A stretch of 63,989 nucleotides of DNA, filler included, from Octopus bimaculoides (Eukaryota): assembly GCF_001194135.2 (NCBI RefSeq). It is 5 parts of 5 records of this genome, joined end to end, with 100 filler letters (N's around TTAATTAATTAA, not from the genome) between each part and the next. Parts side by side here need not be neighbours in the genome. Positions count along the whole stretch, not along the records: positions 36,395 to 57,279 come from NC_068981.1; 4 more parts are not named here. One strand, given 5' to 3'. Positions 39,725-52,870 of this stretch are shown here, piece by piece (the stretch's first letter is position 1; the number at the start of each line of letters is the position of its first letter). The notes below the pieces were generated by a model. That model was not told the DNA's origin. It worked only from the letters and a program-made list of their open reading frames with translations, and ran no database searches. The translations under genes and the position numbers were made by a program.

Positions 39725-41778
39725 TTGTATTATGAATTTAAAATAAATTTCTATACAACATATTTTGCCTTTTTTCTTCCAAAATGTAACGAAAAATTTA
39801 ATTCCCGGGCAACGCTAGGTGCCTCTGCTAGTATTTTATAATAAATAAATATATAAAATGAAATTAAAGTGTGTTAATGAAAGAGATTTCCATGCATAAT
39901 TTACGAAAATCACAGCTGAATAATTCTACGCCAGAAATAGTTAATTGAAATTTTATATTTCATTGGAGAAGAAAATAATAGCTGAGCAGAAATGGTTAAC
40001 GAAGCTAATGGAGGGTATTTCGAAGTAACACGTACATACATATGCAAAATTAACAGATATGCTGAGAGGGTATTCATCTTTACCAATATTGATATAGATA
40101 TTTACCAATAGAGACATGCCTTCATAATATTATGCACAGACTAAAATATACGTTAGCTTATTACAGTGGATGGGACTCAATGCAAAGAATCTTTCCCGCT
40201 AGTTCCTGTATTATGGAAATAAATATCAGATGATTCCCTAATCGGATAATTTAATTTTCGTTAGGCAATTCTAAATTTCTCGATATAATCTCGTCTTTCC
40301 TTTGGGATACCCCTACGTTTTTCTTATCTTACAGATATTATTTTGTTTTGAAGGAACGTCATTTCGTGCATCAGTCATGAACAATCAATGAAAATTTATA
40401 AGCTAATACTTTCTGCATTTTTCGGTTTTACATGTTACTGATGGCAGTGTTTGTGCTGATACATTTTCGTATTCGCCTCTTTATTTCCCAAGTAGTATAT
40501 ACACATATGAATACAAGCATGCATACATCCATCTATCCGCCCATACATAATACATGCATACATAAATACATGTGTATATATATATATATATATATACACA
40601 TACATATACATACACACACACACACACACACACGCACACAGCACACACACATATATATGATGTCTGAATGCGTGTGATTATATGTGTGTGTGTGTGTACA
40701 TATTTGAACAAGTGTGCTTCAGTTTACATACATTTATATTCTTAGTCATAATTCACAAATATATGAAATCCAGAAGATATTTCATTGCATTATTTTATAT
40801 TATTCCTATTGATTCCTTTATTTTTTATCATTTACTTTATTTCTCTTTATATCTAACTTATTTTTCTTGTCCTCTTCATTTGTTTTAAATTTGTTTCATA
40901 CCATGTCTAAAACTAATCTGATTATATATCCGAATATATTCCATAATCAGCTTACAATGATGAGCAATTATTTTTCATTTTAATTCCTTGCACTCGCAGA
41001 GAACTACGTATGTTTATACACGAATACATAAATTTAAGTACACATACAATAAAATATATACATGTGTGTATGCGTGTACATATAAACAATTATAAGTATG
41101 TCTCTCTATGAATGTCTTTATGTGTTTCAGCATGAACTTAGATATACATATATATACATCTATGTAAGTATGGGTATCTGCACTCACAAACGTGCTTACA
41201 CACAAGTACACACATATAAACATACACTATGTGGTTTATTCATCCGTTTCTCTCTCTCTCGTTATCTAGTTATTCTGTCTCTCAATCGCCTAATTTATTC
41301 CATCTTACTCTACATAACACCGTATGCATGGGTGTGTATTAGTGTGTGTGTGTGTGTTTATGCATGAATATTATCTTTAATCTCTCATCCCCATTGGATT
41401 TCATAGCCAATATCTCAAAAAACATATGCATATCTAATATTTGAATAGAGCTTATAGATTTGTTTATCTATTTAAAATACAACCATTGCAAAAGTAAACA
41501 ACAGTGTGTATCTAATTTACAACATAATAAAACGTACGCTTTTAAATCTATTACTGTTTACAGGAATTTCTTGGAGATTTACTTCTGAATTGTGATGCGA
41601 CAGCTAATGCTTCTACGTTGATAATACTATATGTTCATTCTTTTACTTAATAAGTAAACTTAAACAGTTAGCACATATAGCGTATTTATATACCTACATA
41701 TATAGTCATATATGTATGTACGGATGCATTTATAATTCTGATTAAATTTATGTACACATATTTATGTCAGAGAGTATA

Positions 41779-41825
<47 letters not shown>

Positions 41826-43915
41826 TTATTATATTTCTTTATCAGTTTTTCATCCAGTCTCATTTGAAATGTGAACGAAATCTGAGATAACATAATTTCT
41901 CCAGGAATCTGAAGTGCACCACTGATAGTAAATCATTTATTTTAAGAAACCTGAAATTGGAGGATGACGGTAGGATGAAAAATGTGTTAATGAAAAATAG
42001 TCAAGAGCTTATAGAATTTAAAGGCTATCAGAATCATAAGCAAAGTAAAGGATATTCAATGCCAAGTAGTAATTTAAAGAACACTGTATTGATCACATTA
42101 GATAACATAAGGCGCTGAAATTTGAAAGTTGGATATTAAAGCAGCACATATTCAGAGGAGTGAAGTGACAGAAAATATATGAAATTAATACTTTCAGAAA
42201 AGAATAAATTATACACAGCGGTCAGTTCAAAAAGAGATGCGTTGTGTTGGATAAATTGACAAATATCTCATTGTCACTGTAGCAAGACAGATGCACAAGT
42301 ATACGGACACACTGAATAGATCCCTCGTTAAAGCGGATTGTATTTTCCTTGTTACACTAAAATAATTCTTCCATTATTTTAAACTATTGATGCAGTGTTT
42401 AGTAATGCAGGCACTCAGTGTTTCGCTGCTTCTACTATATCACTAAATATATTCAGTTTCTTAAAATTACATTACAACAAAATTAATTTGTATAAATTAA
42501 TTTTGTTAAAGTGCAAATAACTTCACATTAAATCATTTATTCCTTCAATATGTTACTATTTACACGCATACCTTCGAATCTGTTATATATTCACTTTGTA
42601 AATTCGTACCTACGAATACCAGTGTTCTAGTGGTTATGGTGTCGTGTATAGCATCATAAAGTTATAAATCAAATATCGAGTCATGCAGACACAGCATTTC
42701 AACTTGGTCCATTGCACTCAAAGTTGATACGTGTTAACAGCTTTGACATCCTTTCCAGTTGCCAGTGGCATAGTGGGTGTCTATATTTATTCACTAAAAT
42801 GTGAGAAAAGTTATGAGGCCAGTTATTGTGCAAGTGGGACCAGGATTTACTTATTAAAATGTACAACCATTCACAAGATATCCATTAAAATATGTTAAGA
42901 AATATCAGTTAGTGTTTCTATGTATAACTGATTCTTTGAAAGGAATAAAAATATATAAATATGTCATTGCACAAAATATAATGCTTTAATTTGTGTCTGA
43001 TTTTATAAGAGATTTACGTGTCACTCTATAGTATTACAAAAATATATTCCTTACAACAATTGGTACGCGTATTTCGAAAAACCTTAAAAGCAGTAATTTC
43101 TTATACGAGAAAGCAATTATTTCTAAGTAAATTAATGATTCTCACCTGCCGAATTGATAAATGTTCTCCTATGCAGATTATTCTGCCTGCTCGATATTGT
43201 GATATATAAACAATATGTATACGACGTCTCTTCCCTTCTCGTTTTATTCTTCTGTCCTTCCCTCTCTCACAAGGTTACCTCTGTTGCTTTCTGTCTTTGT
43301 CCTCCACCACTTTTACTCTCCTACCACCATAATATGACCCGCACAATTCAAATGTCTCTGTCCAACGTTCTTTTCCGCCTGACTGGACAGGTACAGTCAA
43401 GCTTCTCTTGCACTTTAGCCTCCTTCTCTACATTCAATATCTTTTGTTTTTTGTCACAGTTTGTTCTGTTTATTCATGTGTCCACTTTACGCTTCCATTC
43501 CTGTAGAATATTTTCTAATGCGTTGCTTATAAACATGTCTTGTCTTATTTTTTTTGTATATTCATATTTAGGTGTTGTTTTTTTTTACATCAGTGACCTC
43601 AACGTTCACACGCTATTCCCAGTAACTTTGGACAATATGGACAATATGATCGTAATAGGCACGAAATATGATCGTTATAGGCACAAAATTATAATGGGAT
43701 TTTTGTTTACGACAACTGACGAGGAAAGGGTGCATCCACGTTCCATTGTCGTGGTTCCGTTTCCTTTTTGAAACTATACACGCACGCACATACGCACACA
43801 CATGCACACAAACATAAACACACACCCACGCACACACACACACACGCATACACACACACACACACCCACACACACACATATATATATATATATACACACA
43901 TACACACACACACAG

Positions 43916-43977
<62 letters not shown>

Positions 43978-43989
43978 ACACACACACAG

Positions 43990-44040
<51 letters not shown>

Positions 44041-45244
44041 ACGTGCATGTCAACAAAGACTATATTTACAAACTTGAATATATGGAAAATATATACTACA
44101 CATATCATAGATAAATATATAGATATGATTGCATACTTGCAGTTGCATGCAGGAGAGCAAAGAGTGCTCAATCAGACAGCGTGTTCGAACATTCTCCCGC
44201 CCACACATGAGAATAAACCCCACTGTGCTTCGAAAACAATTTAGGAGGTTTGTTTCAAACAGCTTACAATAAAACACTCCCGATCGAGAGGAGCGTTCAA
44301 ACTAGTGACTAGGAAGTAGAAACAAAACGAGATGGTTATGTTCCATGCGAGTTTTCATAATATTGAAACAGCCATGCATCAAACTTAATTTGTTGCTCTG
44401 TTTTCAACAGGAATTCATTCAATCAGGCAGTTTATCATTAACAGTTTATTGTGAAGGCATCAGTAAGTGATAAAAGGATGTAGAAAATCGAACGAAGCGC
44501 ACAGTTACCGAAAATGCAATGCCCTACACTGAAAAACATATTGATAATTTTCATATATTTCCGTTGACTAGTACGGATACTTCTTTAAAAAAAGGGGTGA
44601 AAGAATCTGAAAGAAAGTGACAATTCAGAATAGTTAACAAAAGGTGAGTACAGAGACATTTTATACAGTTATAAACCGCAAATTGTGTACCAATGGTAAT
44701 TAAGTTATTAATAAAAGGAACCACAATATATTACATATATATTATATATAAATAATGGAACAATACTTCTTTCCTGCCACTATCACGGAATAATGAGAAA
44801 CTATATATTCATTATAGAAATAATTCCCTGTTCAGACATTAAAGCATTTCGTTTGGATTCACAATTCATTCACTGAGATGAAATGACATGTAATAACAAA
44901 ATATTCATATGTTCAGAAATTTAGCATTTAGCAACAGAAAATTCTATTATATAAATAATCATAAATATTTAAACATATTCAAAGTAAAGCTTCGATTGTA
45001 CAGATGAAATTGACAGTGCAAAAGGAGGTAAAAGAGTTTAACAATTGGATATTGTTGAGGCAAAGAATGGTTCAGTTCTCTGATATGATTGTTAATTCAG
45101 TAGAAACATGAAGATTCGTTTGAGAAAGAGAGAAAAACAGTAGCAAGAAAAGATACGCCACGCGCTCGATTTCCTTCTACTTTTCTGCCACATGCACCGC
45201 CTCGAAAGTGATGTATTTATATGTGTGTGTGTATCCGCATGTAT

Positions 45245-45303
<59 letters not shown>

Positions 45304-45699
45304 NNNNNNNNNNTATATATATATATATCAAGCGTGAAAAAGAAAAAAGTATATCAAGATATCAGGGTGGTAACAATGCAACAAAGTAAAGTCATTCAAA
45401 GTTTCCGGTCCATGCACTACTATCCGGTATGAACATTTGTTTAAAACGTGGTAAAACTGTAAGGTGAAAGCGAAAAGGGGAGTCGCGGTTTCGCTTCGGA
45501 ACGGGGCTGGAAATTTCTATTTAAAATGTAAAGTTTTCAAGGGAATTCACGGTTTCATATCGGAGCGGGAGCGGGAGGGAGATGGCCATTTCATTTCATT
45601 GTAATTTAATTCATTTTACATGCATCCTTTCATATGTTTTTTGTTCCCGCATGTCTGTGTATGCCCTCTCTGTGTTAAGCCTTGCGCCTGTAAGAAAGA

Positions 45700-47590
45700 A
45701 TTAATCTTGAGCAGACTCGGATTTTTTGCGCCATTCCAGTCAGGTCGATCCAGGACAATCTTCACTTTATACGCTACACATTAGACAGGATGGTAAATGA
45801 ACCGGCAAAAGTGGGGCACTTTTCCATTTCGACCAAAGTAAAGCGTTTGATAGGGTAGACCACCAGTACCTGGCAGCGGTCCTCGATTCGACTGGGCAGG
45901 GCCTGGATATCCGTACGTTAATCTCATCAAAGTACATCGGCATCAAATCCACATTTCAGGTAAAAGGCTACCTGTCGGAGCCGTGTTCGATCAAGCGCTC
46001 AGTTCGTCAAGAGTGTCCCTTATCTCTGCTTCTGTACGTGTTGGCTCTTGAGCCATTACTGCAGAAGTTGGAGAATTTGGGGCGCTCCACCAATGAAATC
46101 GGACGCGGTTAGTCGGTCTTTGCTTATGTGCATGACGTCACCAACATCGTGTCCAATGTAGCTTAGCTACATTGCGTTAGGACGCTATCAAAGGATATGA
46201 GGCGCTGGCAGGGGCAAAAGTCAACAAGGATAAATCCATCGGCTTGCGCATCGGCACCTGGAGGCGCAAGTCGATATCGTCCAGTGTCGTGGGTCACTGG
46301 ACAGATGGTCCTGATACGTTGCTTGGAGTTTGGTTTGACGGAGAAGAGGTGGCAGACAGGGTGGAAGCTGTAGTCCGGATTTGGTCCGGACGGGGTCTGT
46401 TCCTGAAAGGAAGGGCGGGGTGGTACAAGTGTCTATTGCATCTATAATCACCTACATCCTAACCGTTGTCCCTAGCCCCGACTCGTGGTTAAACAAGTTG
46501 GAGCCCCTGCACTTCCGGTTATTGTGCAAAGGAGGAAAGCCACTTGTGAGGCGCTCCGTCTGCAACCAGGTACAGTTGAAAGGTGGGTTAGGTATTCCTG
46601 GCTAATGATACACAGACATCCGTTGAGGTGTGAAATCCGGTGGCGGAGGAATTTTTTCCGCAACCAGCCCCTTTGCAGAGATTCAAACCCGGTTTTACTA
46701 AACGACGTAATCTGACAGAATGGCAAAAGATGTGTCGACAGGGACTTGTGTTAATCTACCAGACGAGCAAGGCCGGCAGTGGGAATACCACCTCTGTTTT
46801 CTATAAAAGACTGGTAGAGTTTATAAATGATGACTTTGTATAAGGGGCTTTGAGATTCGATGAGAACCAACTTGCTAAGTTATTCCCAAAACTTTCAGGC
46901 CAGAGTATTTGGATAATAACCAAAAATCCTTGACATGGCAGTGCTACAGGAACGCTATACCTTTTCGCGATAGTTATCTAGGCAGGGAATGTCAGACCAA
47001 CGGCATGTCCAAGATGTGGGCTGGACGATGAAACTGTCCAGCACGCTTTTGTACACTGCCGGAAGCCTTCAGGCTTGATAATTTATGTTTGATACCTAGG
47101 CAGAGTACAGGAATCAGCTGAGTCTATAATAGATTGCGGCGCCAACTGGACGCTCAAAGGAAAGTGGGGCATATTTTCCCTGTTCAGTTGCAGTGTTAAA
47201 ACAGTGTACGTGGAAGACCAGACTGCAAAGACTCGTGACGGGATCCTTCATCTCTGGTTCTGGTTTGCTGACATACTTCAGATATCATCTGAAGAGCAAG
47301 CTAGGGCTGTAGAGGAGATGCCTGCCGCGAGAAAAGATGGAAAGCTGTGGTTAGACAGGTGGGGGCAAGCGAACCTGTTTAATCCTGATGCGAAAAGGAA
47401 AAGGTATAGTCGCTGGGCTTTTCAGACCATCAGGTTTAATCCCCGACAAAATTTCAAATTTTAATTATATATCATTCAATTTTAAAAAAAAACTAAGTAT
47501 CATACGAACTCATAATAACAATAATTCTTTGTATTGTCCTGTTTTGTCCACTCTGTGTACGATATTGATTATCCTACTAAAAAAAATTCT
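45700..47590 (+). mobile_element. 5'-truncated, decayed L1/Tx1-clade LINE (ORF2 RT plus C-terminal zinc knuckle)
   Basis: Frameshifted motifs RSIQDNLH, DQSKAFDRVDH, VRQECPLSLLLY (QGCPLS), AYVHDV (YADD), GGLGIP and CPRCGLDDETVQHAFVHC; A-run near 47580. Confidence 0.88.
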
Positions 47591-47817
47591 TTCTAGCAGA
47601 CGAGTTGTCCAGTATTGAGGACTGGCAGGAATAGCCCGAAATCAGGACTGGTATGCTAGTCCTATCTCTAGAAGACCGTAGGAGCTTGCTCCCGTGCTCC
47701 CAATTTTATCGGATGCCGCTGTGCATCGTCAACCAGCTAGAGATGATGTCCTTTTGGGGTTAAAAATCGAAGGAGAGCCATCTAATATCCAGCCATGTGA
47801 AAGTGGCTAAGAATATC

Positions 47818-48514
47818 ATCTATAATAATAAATGGCAAGTTTGTGTGTTTGTGAATTTGCTACCTTAACTCCTCCGAGACTATCCAACAGAGCTTGATGA
47901 AACTTGACAAGTGTGTGGAGCTTATGCCTATGCAGTTACTTACGCTCTTGGAATTTTTAAAAAATCGATTCTTAATCTGTATTAATTTTTCAAAGTAGTA
48001 AAATTTCGGCATTTTCCGCATTAGCTGTCGTGACATCAAATTGACGAAAAGTGCCGACATTTGACAAAAAATGTTTCATTGTTATAAACAGCCAGCTTAT
48101 TTACGGTAATCTATATAGCATTTACTAATTCTTTATTTCAATGTGAATCATTTTGATTTGCTAAAACGTATTATTTCAATTCGTTGTTCTAATTCCCCAG
48201 CGTTTCAGGTTTTAATTAGGTAAGAGCATTTAATTTGTCAAGAAAAATTTAGGCATTTTGCGCACTAGTCGTCGTGACATCAATTTAAGGAAATCTTCCC
48301 CAAAGCGTAAAATTTCGCCATTGTGCGCACATGTACAGAAATGACTGTGACACGGGTTCGCTACATAACTTTGCTCATTCTTTCGTCAACTTGGTCCTAC
48401 CTATTAATATAGATTTAAAACTTTTGAAAAATGTTGAAATTTGATGAAAACTGTTAGATGGCTATCAACAGACATCTTATTAGCGGCAATTTATTACCAG
48501 GTACCTCAGCTAGT
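47818..48514 (+). mobile_element. Non-autonomous Helitron/Helentron-like element; 3' fragment also at about 39803-39832
   Basis: Starts atctataataataaatgg, ends ccaggtacctcagctagt; internal repeated gtcgtgacatcaa units. Confidence 0.5.
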
Positions 48515-51065
48515 ATATATATATGTACATANNNNNNNNNNNNNNNNNNNNNNNNNNNNNNNNNNNNNNNNNNNNNNNNNNNNNNNNNNNNNNNNNNNNN
48601 NNNNNNNNNNNNNNNNNNNNNNNNNNNNNNNNNNNNNNNNNNNNNNNNNNNNNNNNNNNNNNNNNNNNNNNNNNNNNNNNNNNNNNNNNNNNNNNNNNNN
48701 NNNNNNNNNNNNNNNNNNNNNNNNNNNNNNNNNNNNNNNNNNNNNNNNNNNNNNNNNNNNNNNNNNNNNNNNNNNNNNNNNNNNNNNNNNNNNNNNNNNN
48801 NNNNNNNNNNNNNNNNNNNNNNNNNNNNNNNNNNNNNNNNNNNNNNNNNNNNNNNNNNNNNNNNNNNNNNNNNNNNNNNNNNNNNNNNNNNNNNNNNNNN
48901 NNNNNNNNNNNNNNNNNNNNNNNNNNNNNNNNNNNNNNNNNNNNNNNNNNNNNNNNNNNNNNNNNNNNNNNNNNNNNNNNNNNNNNNNNNNNNNNNNNNN
49001 NNNNNNNNNNNNNNNNNNNNNNNNNNNNNNNNNNNNNNNNNNNNNNNNNNNNNATTAGGGACAAAATCCAAAATTACAGGTAAAAAACTCAATTAAAATC
49101 AATTTATAAAAAATTAAAATTAAATTGAGCCTTATAGATAAAGTATATATAAAATATATATCGTTTATATATACAAAAACAGTTTATTGAAAGAGAAACT
49201 AGTATTATGCAAATCAGCAGTTCTTTAACCAGGCCAAATTTGATAAGGCAGAACATGATCCTGCAGTGACCAATCTTAATGTTTGTGGCGGAATAATGTA
49301 CAGCGGCCTACAATAGTCTCATGTTTGTTAATTATCAAGATATGTTCCTTGTATGTCGGTGCCCATATGAAAGATCACCCATTATTTCGTGTATATAACT
49401 TTAGATAAAATTCATTTTCAGGCGAGGAAAGCTTTTTAAATTAAAAGTGATCATCATTAATTTTCCCAGTAATTATGTCATAAGGATTGTAAAGTTTGCC
49501 ACCTTTGCAGAGAAATTTCATTTTATTTGCTACTTCATATTGTCTCTACATTGTTATTTGAACATACGAATCACAATGTCAAGTTGATAGATCTTTCGTA
49601 AGAAATGCAGAAACTATCTTTTATCTTGAAATGAAGTAATGTCCATTCGCTATGTTGAACCACTGAGCTCAACATCATTTTTCATTCTCCCTGTGTTTAT
49701 TTGCTTTTATTCCTTTCTGTCAGAAAGCGTAAGCTCGTGACTTAAAATACTTTCCTGAGCGTCAAGCTAATACACTTTCTTCTTGTTCCTACCTCTATCT
49801 TTGTCTTAGCTTTTTCTATAAATTTGAACTACATGTACAAAACACAGATATGTTTCTCAATAGCACATGTTCATATTTTTAAACAACACATCTATCTGCT
49901 TACTTATCGGACAAAAACATGCATGAAGTATCTACAAAAATATTCTTCGTTTGCTTGTGATAAATAATTTGAAATATAATTAAACGTTGTCATTCAGAAA
50001 TAGCCTGCAAGAAACTAGATCTAGATCAATATATAAAAAATCTAACATAAATTTACTACCAATAAATCCAATGAAGTGAAATTATTTTCTAAACATGTAT
50101 CAGATAACACTTTTCACCAAACACCAAGAAACCAATAGCTGACACGATTAATGGTAGCAGTGATAAATCAAAACAATTGCTGTAAACGGAGATGTAACAT
50201 GTGCATTATACATAATTAGAAAGTGTGAAGGACAAGGTTAATAAGAAAGAAGAGCGAGTGAATCAAAGTAAAATACAAATAAAGAAAGAAAATTAGTCAG
50301 TGGAATCCTGAAGTAATATACAGGTTTGTATCTCGAACATTTTACAGATAATCCTAAAGCAAATCACTATTGACGTTATGAGAAACACAATTTTCTGTTT
50401 ATAAATAATGTTAAACATCTGAAAAGTGCGTACAGTGAGTTGAATGTCAACGTGTTTTATTGTCAAAACACAATGTAGAAAGAAAAAAAAATACCAACAA
50501 TACTCGTGGTATACAAAGTTGAATTTTGAAAATATTTGTTAATAAAAGATGTTATCTTCCACATAAATGTATCTTTTATTTACGTAGGTGGTATCATTAA
50601 GACGTTTCTCTATTTCATTATTAAAAATTTGAGTAGCATCTGAAAGAATACCTTTCTGGAGCTGTAAAGTATAATAGTTGGAAAGGCTTCCAAAACCGAA
50701 ACGTTTGATGGTGTCATTGCCCAATGATCAGATTTATTGTTTACAGTTTCCCACAGATCAATATTTAATGAATTTTACATGTTGGATTGTTGCCTGTGCT
50801 ATCATTAACGCAAAATGTGAAATTTTACATGTTTTGTTTCAGAGGAATAATTATTTTGCCACAGAAATATTAATGTTACTAAAAATTAAGTATAAAGGTT
50901 CTGGTGTTCATTGTACCTTTACCACCTCATTAACCCTAATTTTCAACAACTGCGCAATCCTGCTGCTGCTACTACTAGAATTACAACTGCTGCTGCTGCT
51001 GTTGCTGCTACTACAACTACTACTAGTACTACCACCATGGTGAAGGCAGCGACGGTAACAACGCC

Positions 51066-51097
<32 letters not shown>

Positions 51098-51113
51098 CGA
51101 CTGCTACAACAAC

Positions 51114-51175
<62 letters not shown>

Positions 51176-51680
51176 TAATAATAATAATAACAACTGTCCT
51201 GATGCAGTACCAGGCAGGGCTCACATGGCTTCTGATCTTCACTGATTGTTATCATGTATATTATTTTCTCTTGGTATATTCTGCACGGTGCCACGGATAT
51301 GCTTGTCAGTTGTTTCACCTTATCTATTTGAGCATGTCCCATAGTAGCTGAACATATGTGCATCCCTGATCACAAGCAGAAGTAATGGTGGAGCATCATA
51401 GCCATATGTTGAGAGGAATTGTTTGGGGTTTTGTTAATTCACCTCTGGTAACACCTCTGGTAACATCTCTGGTAACACCTCTGGGTGTTTCGTCCGACAT
51501 CCTTAAACAACTCTTATTCAGGGTCCGTTTGAGCGAGAAGGGCTACTCAACATGATGAAATCCCAGATAACCTTGATATGAGATCCCTATTTCGCGCACG
51601 TATTGTTGTGATGCTGCGTATATTTTACCCCAGTGTCACTGATCGCATGCACAGCTCTCTCAATTCATAATAATAATGAT

Positions 51681-52870
51681 AAGAATAGACAAACCTGTTC
51701 TGTAAGAAGATATTGACTCAGGCGACACAGCCTCGGTGATAGTTTGTATAAAGAGAGGAAAATCCCAGGGAAACTCATTATCCTCGTTAATATTTGGTTC
51801 TTTCCTCAGTGTAGTGTTAAGAAAAGCAAAGACAGGGTACCAGTTTAGGTATAGTAAATGAAAATTACCCATTTTCTCTGCATGGATTATTTGAAACTTT
51901 GTATTACAAGAAAAAAAAAAAATAGGGAGAGAGATTCTTTAATAGAAAGAATAAGACTCTTCAGGAATGTTATAGGTATGGAATTTGGCATAGTCAACTG
52001 CGCAATACCAGTGATATAAAACGGACAGGTGTCCAGCAGTGAAAGCATTGAGTTACCTGATGGCCAGGCATTAAAATCTTTTGAAAGGAGAATGTTATAA
52101 ATATCCCTGAGTATTGGAATTTGACAGGGAATCAAGTATAGAAATGAAAGCAAAAATTGAGGAGTTTATTAGAGGGTGTATGTAGTTAATGAATTCAAAG
52201 GATCTAGTGACGGCTGTAAATACTTGGGCAGCATAGTTACTTAGATAAGCGGCAGCTATAGGCTGAAATGAGAATTCGACTGCTATAGGATGAAATAAGA
52301 ATTAGCAAATGAAATATAGAATTAAATAAGAATTAGAAGAAATAGCATGGAACTTCACGCTAAAGCTGGAGTAACGAGACAGTATTTTCCTAAGATGAAA
52401 GTTGATATAGACAGAAAACTGTAGAATTAGCTAATGTTGATATAATTTCCTAAGTAGGGAATAGTAATGAACATTTATCAAGAGCTGCTTGTGTAACAGT
52501 AAGAGAAAAGGAAACCAAAATGTCAAATACAGTAAAAAAAAAATTAAAAAAAAACAGAACCAGAAAAAAGAAGGGAGCTGATCATTCAGTGGTAGTAGAA
52601 ACACAGAATAAAAAGTGCCACGTGATTGACTTTACTGTTCCACATGATGACAAAATTGATATGTGAGGTACAGAGAAAATGACAAAGTACCAGGACCAAA
52701 CCTGTAGTACAAAAGCTATGTAAAGAGTATCCCTGTAGTTATGGGTGTATTTATGAACCATTCCTAAAGAATTGAACACGCGGATACAGGAAACAAGTTT
52801 CAAATCTTATTTTCTGCTACTCTAGGCATAAGTATTATTAAGGAAATCTTAGGAGTACTTGGGATCTAAT
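51681..52870 (+). mobile_element. Decayed Dong/R4-clade LINE (RT C-terminal half plus restriction-like endonuclease)
   Basis: ITHFLCMDYLKL (NHLLFMDDLKL), a YKYLGILE-like segment, DLVTAVNTWA, and KCHVIDFTVPHD (RLE); begins directly after (TAA)n. Confidence 0.75.

Noticed and set aside
40951-41007. YNDEQLFFI resembling the M13 peptidase EQLFF motif, or an 8-nt microexon at 41000-41007
   Set aside because: The downstream AQxWC residues are absent and there are no other M13 exons; likely chance.
43710-43775. CTGACGA...GAAAC hammerhead-like string
   Set aside because: Stem II is interrupted, five extra T precede GAAA, and there is no clear stem I; at best a decayed copy.
50586-50641. Minus-strand exon-like DATQIFNNEIEKRLNDTTY and other scattered candidates (43147, 42569, 53550, 56310)
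   Set aside because: Single splice signals without recognisable homology; joining them needs poor acceptors, so no gene model is supportable.
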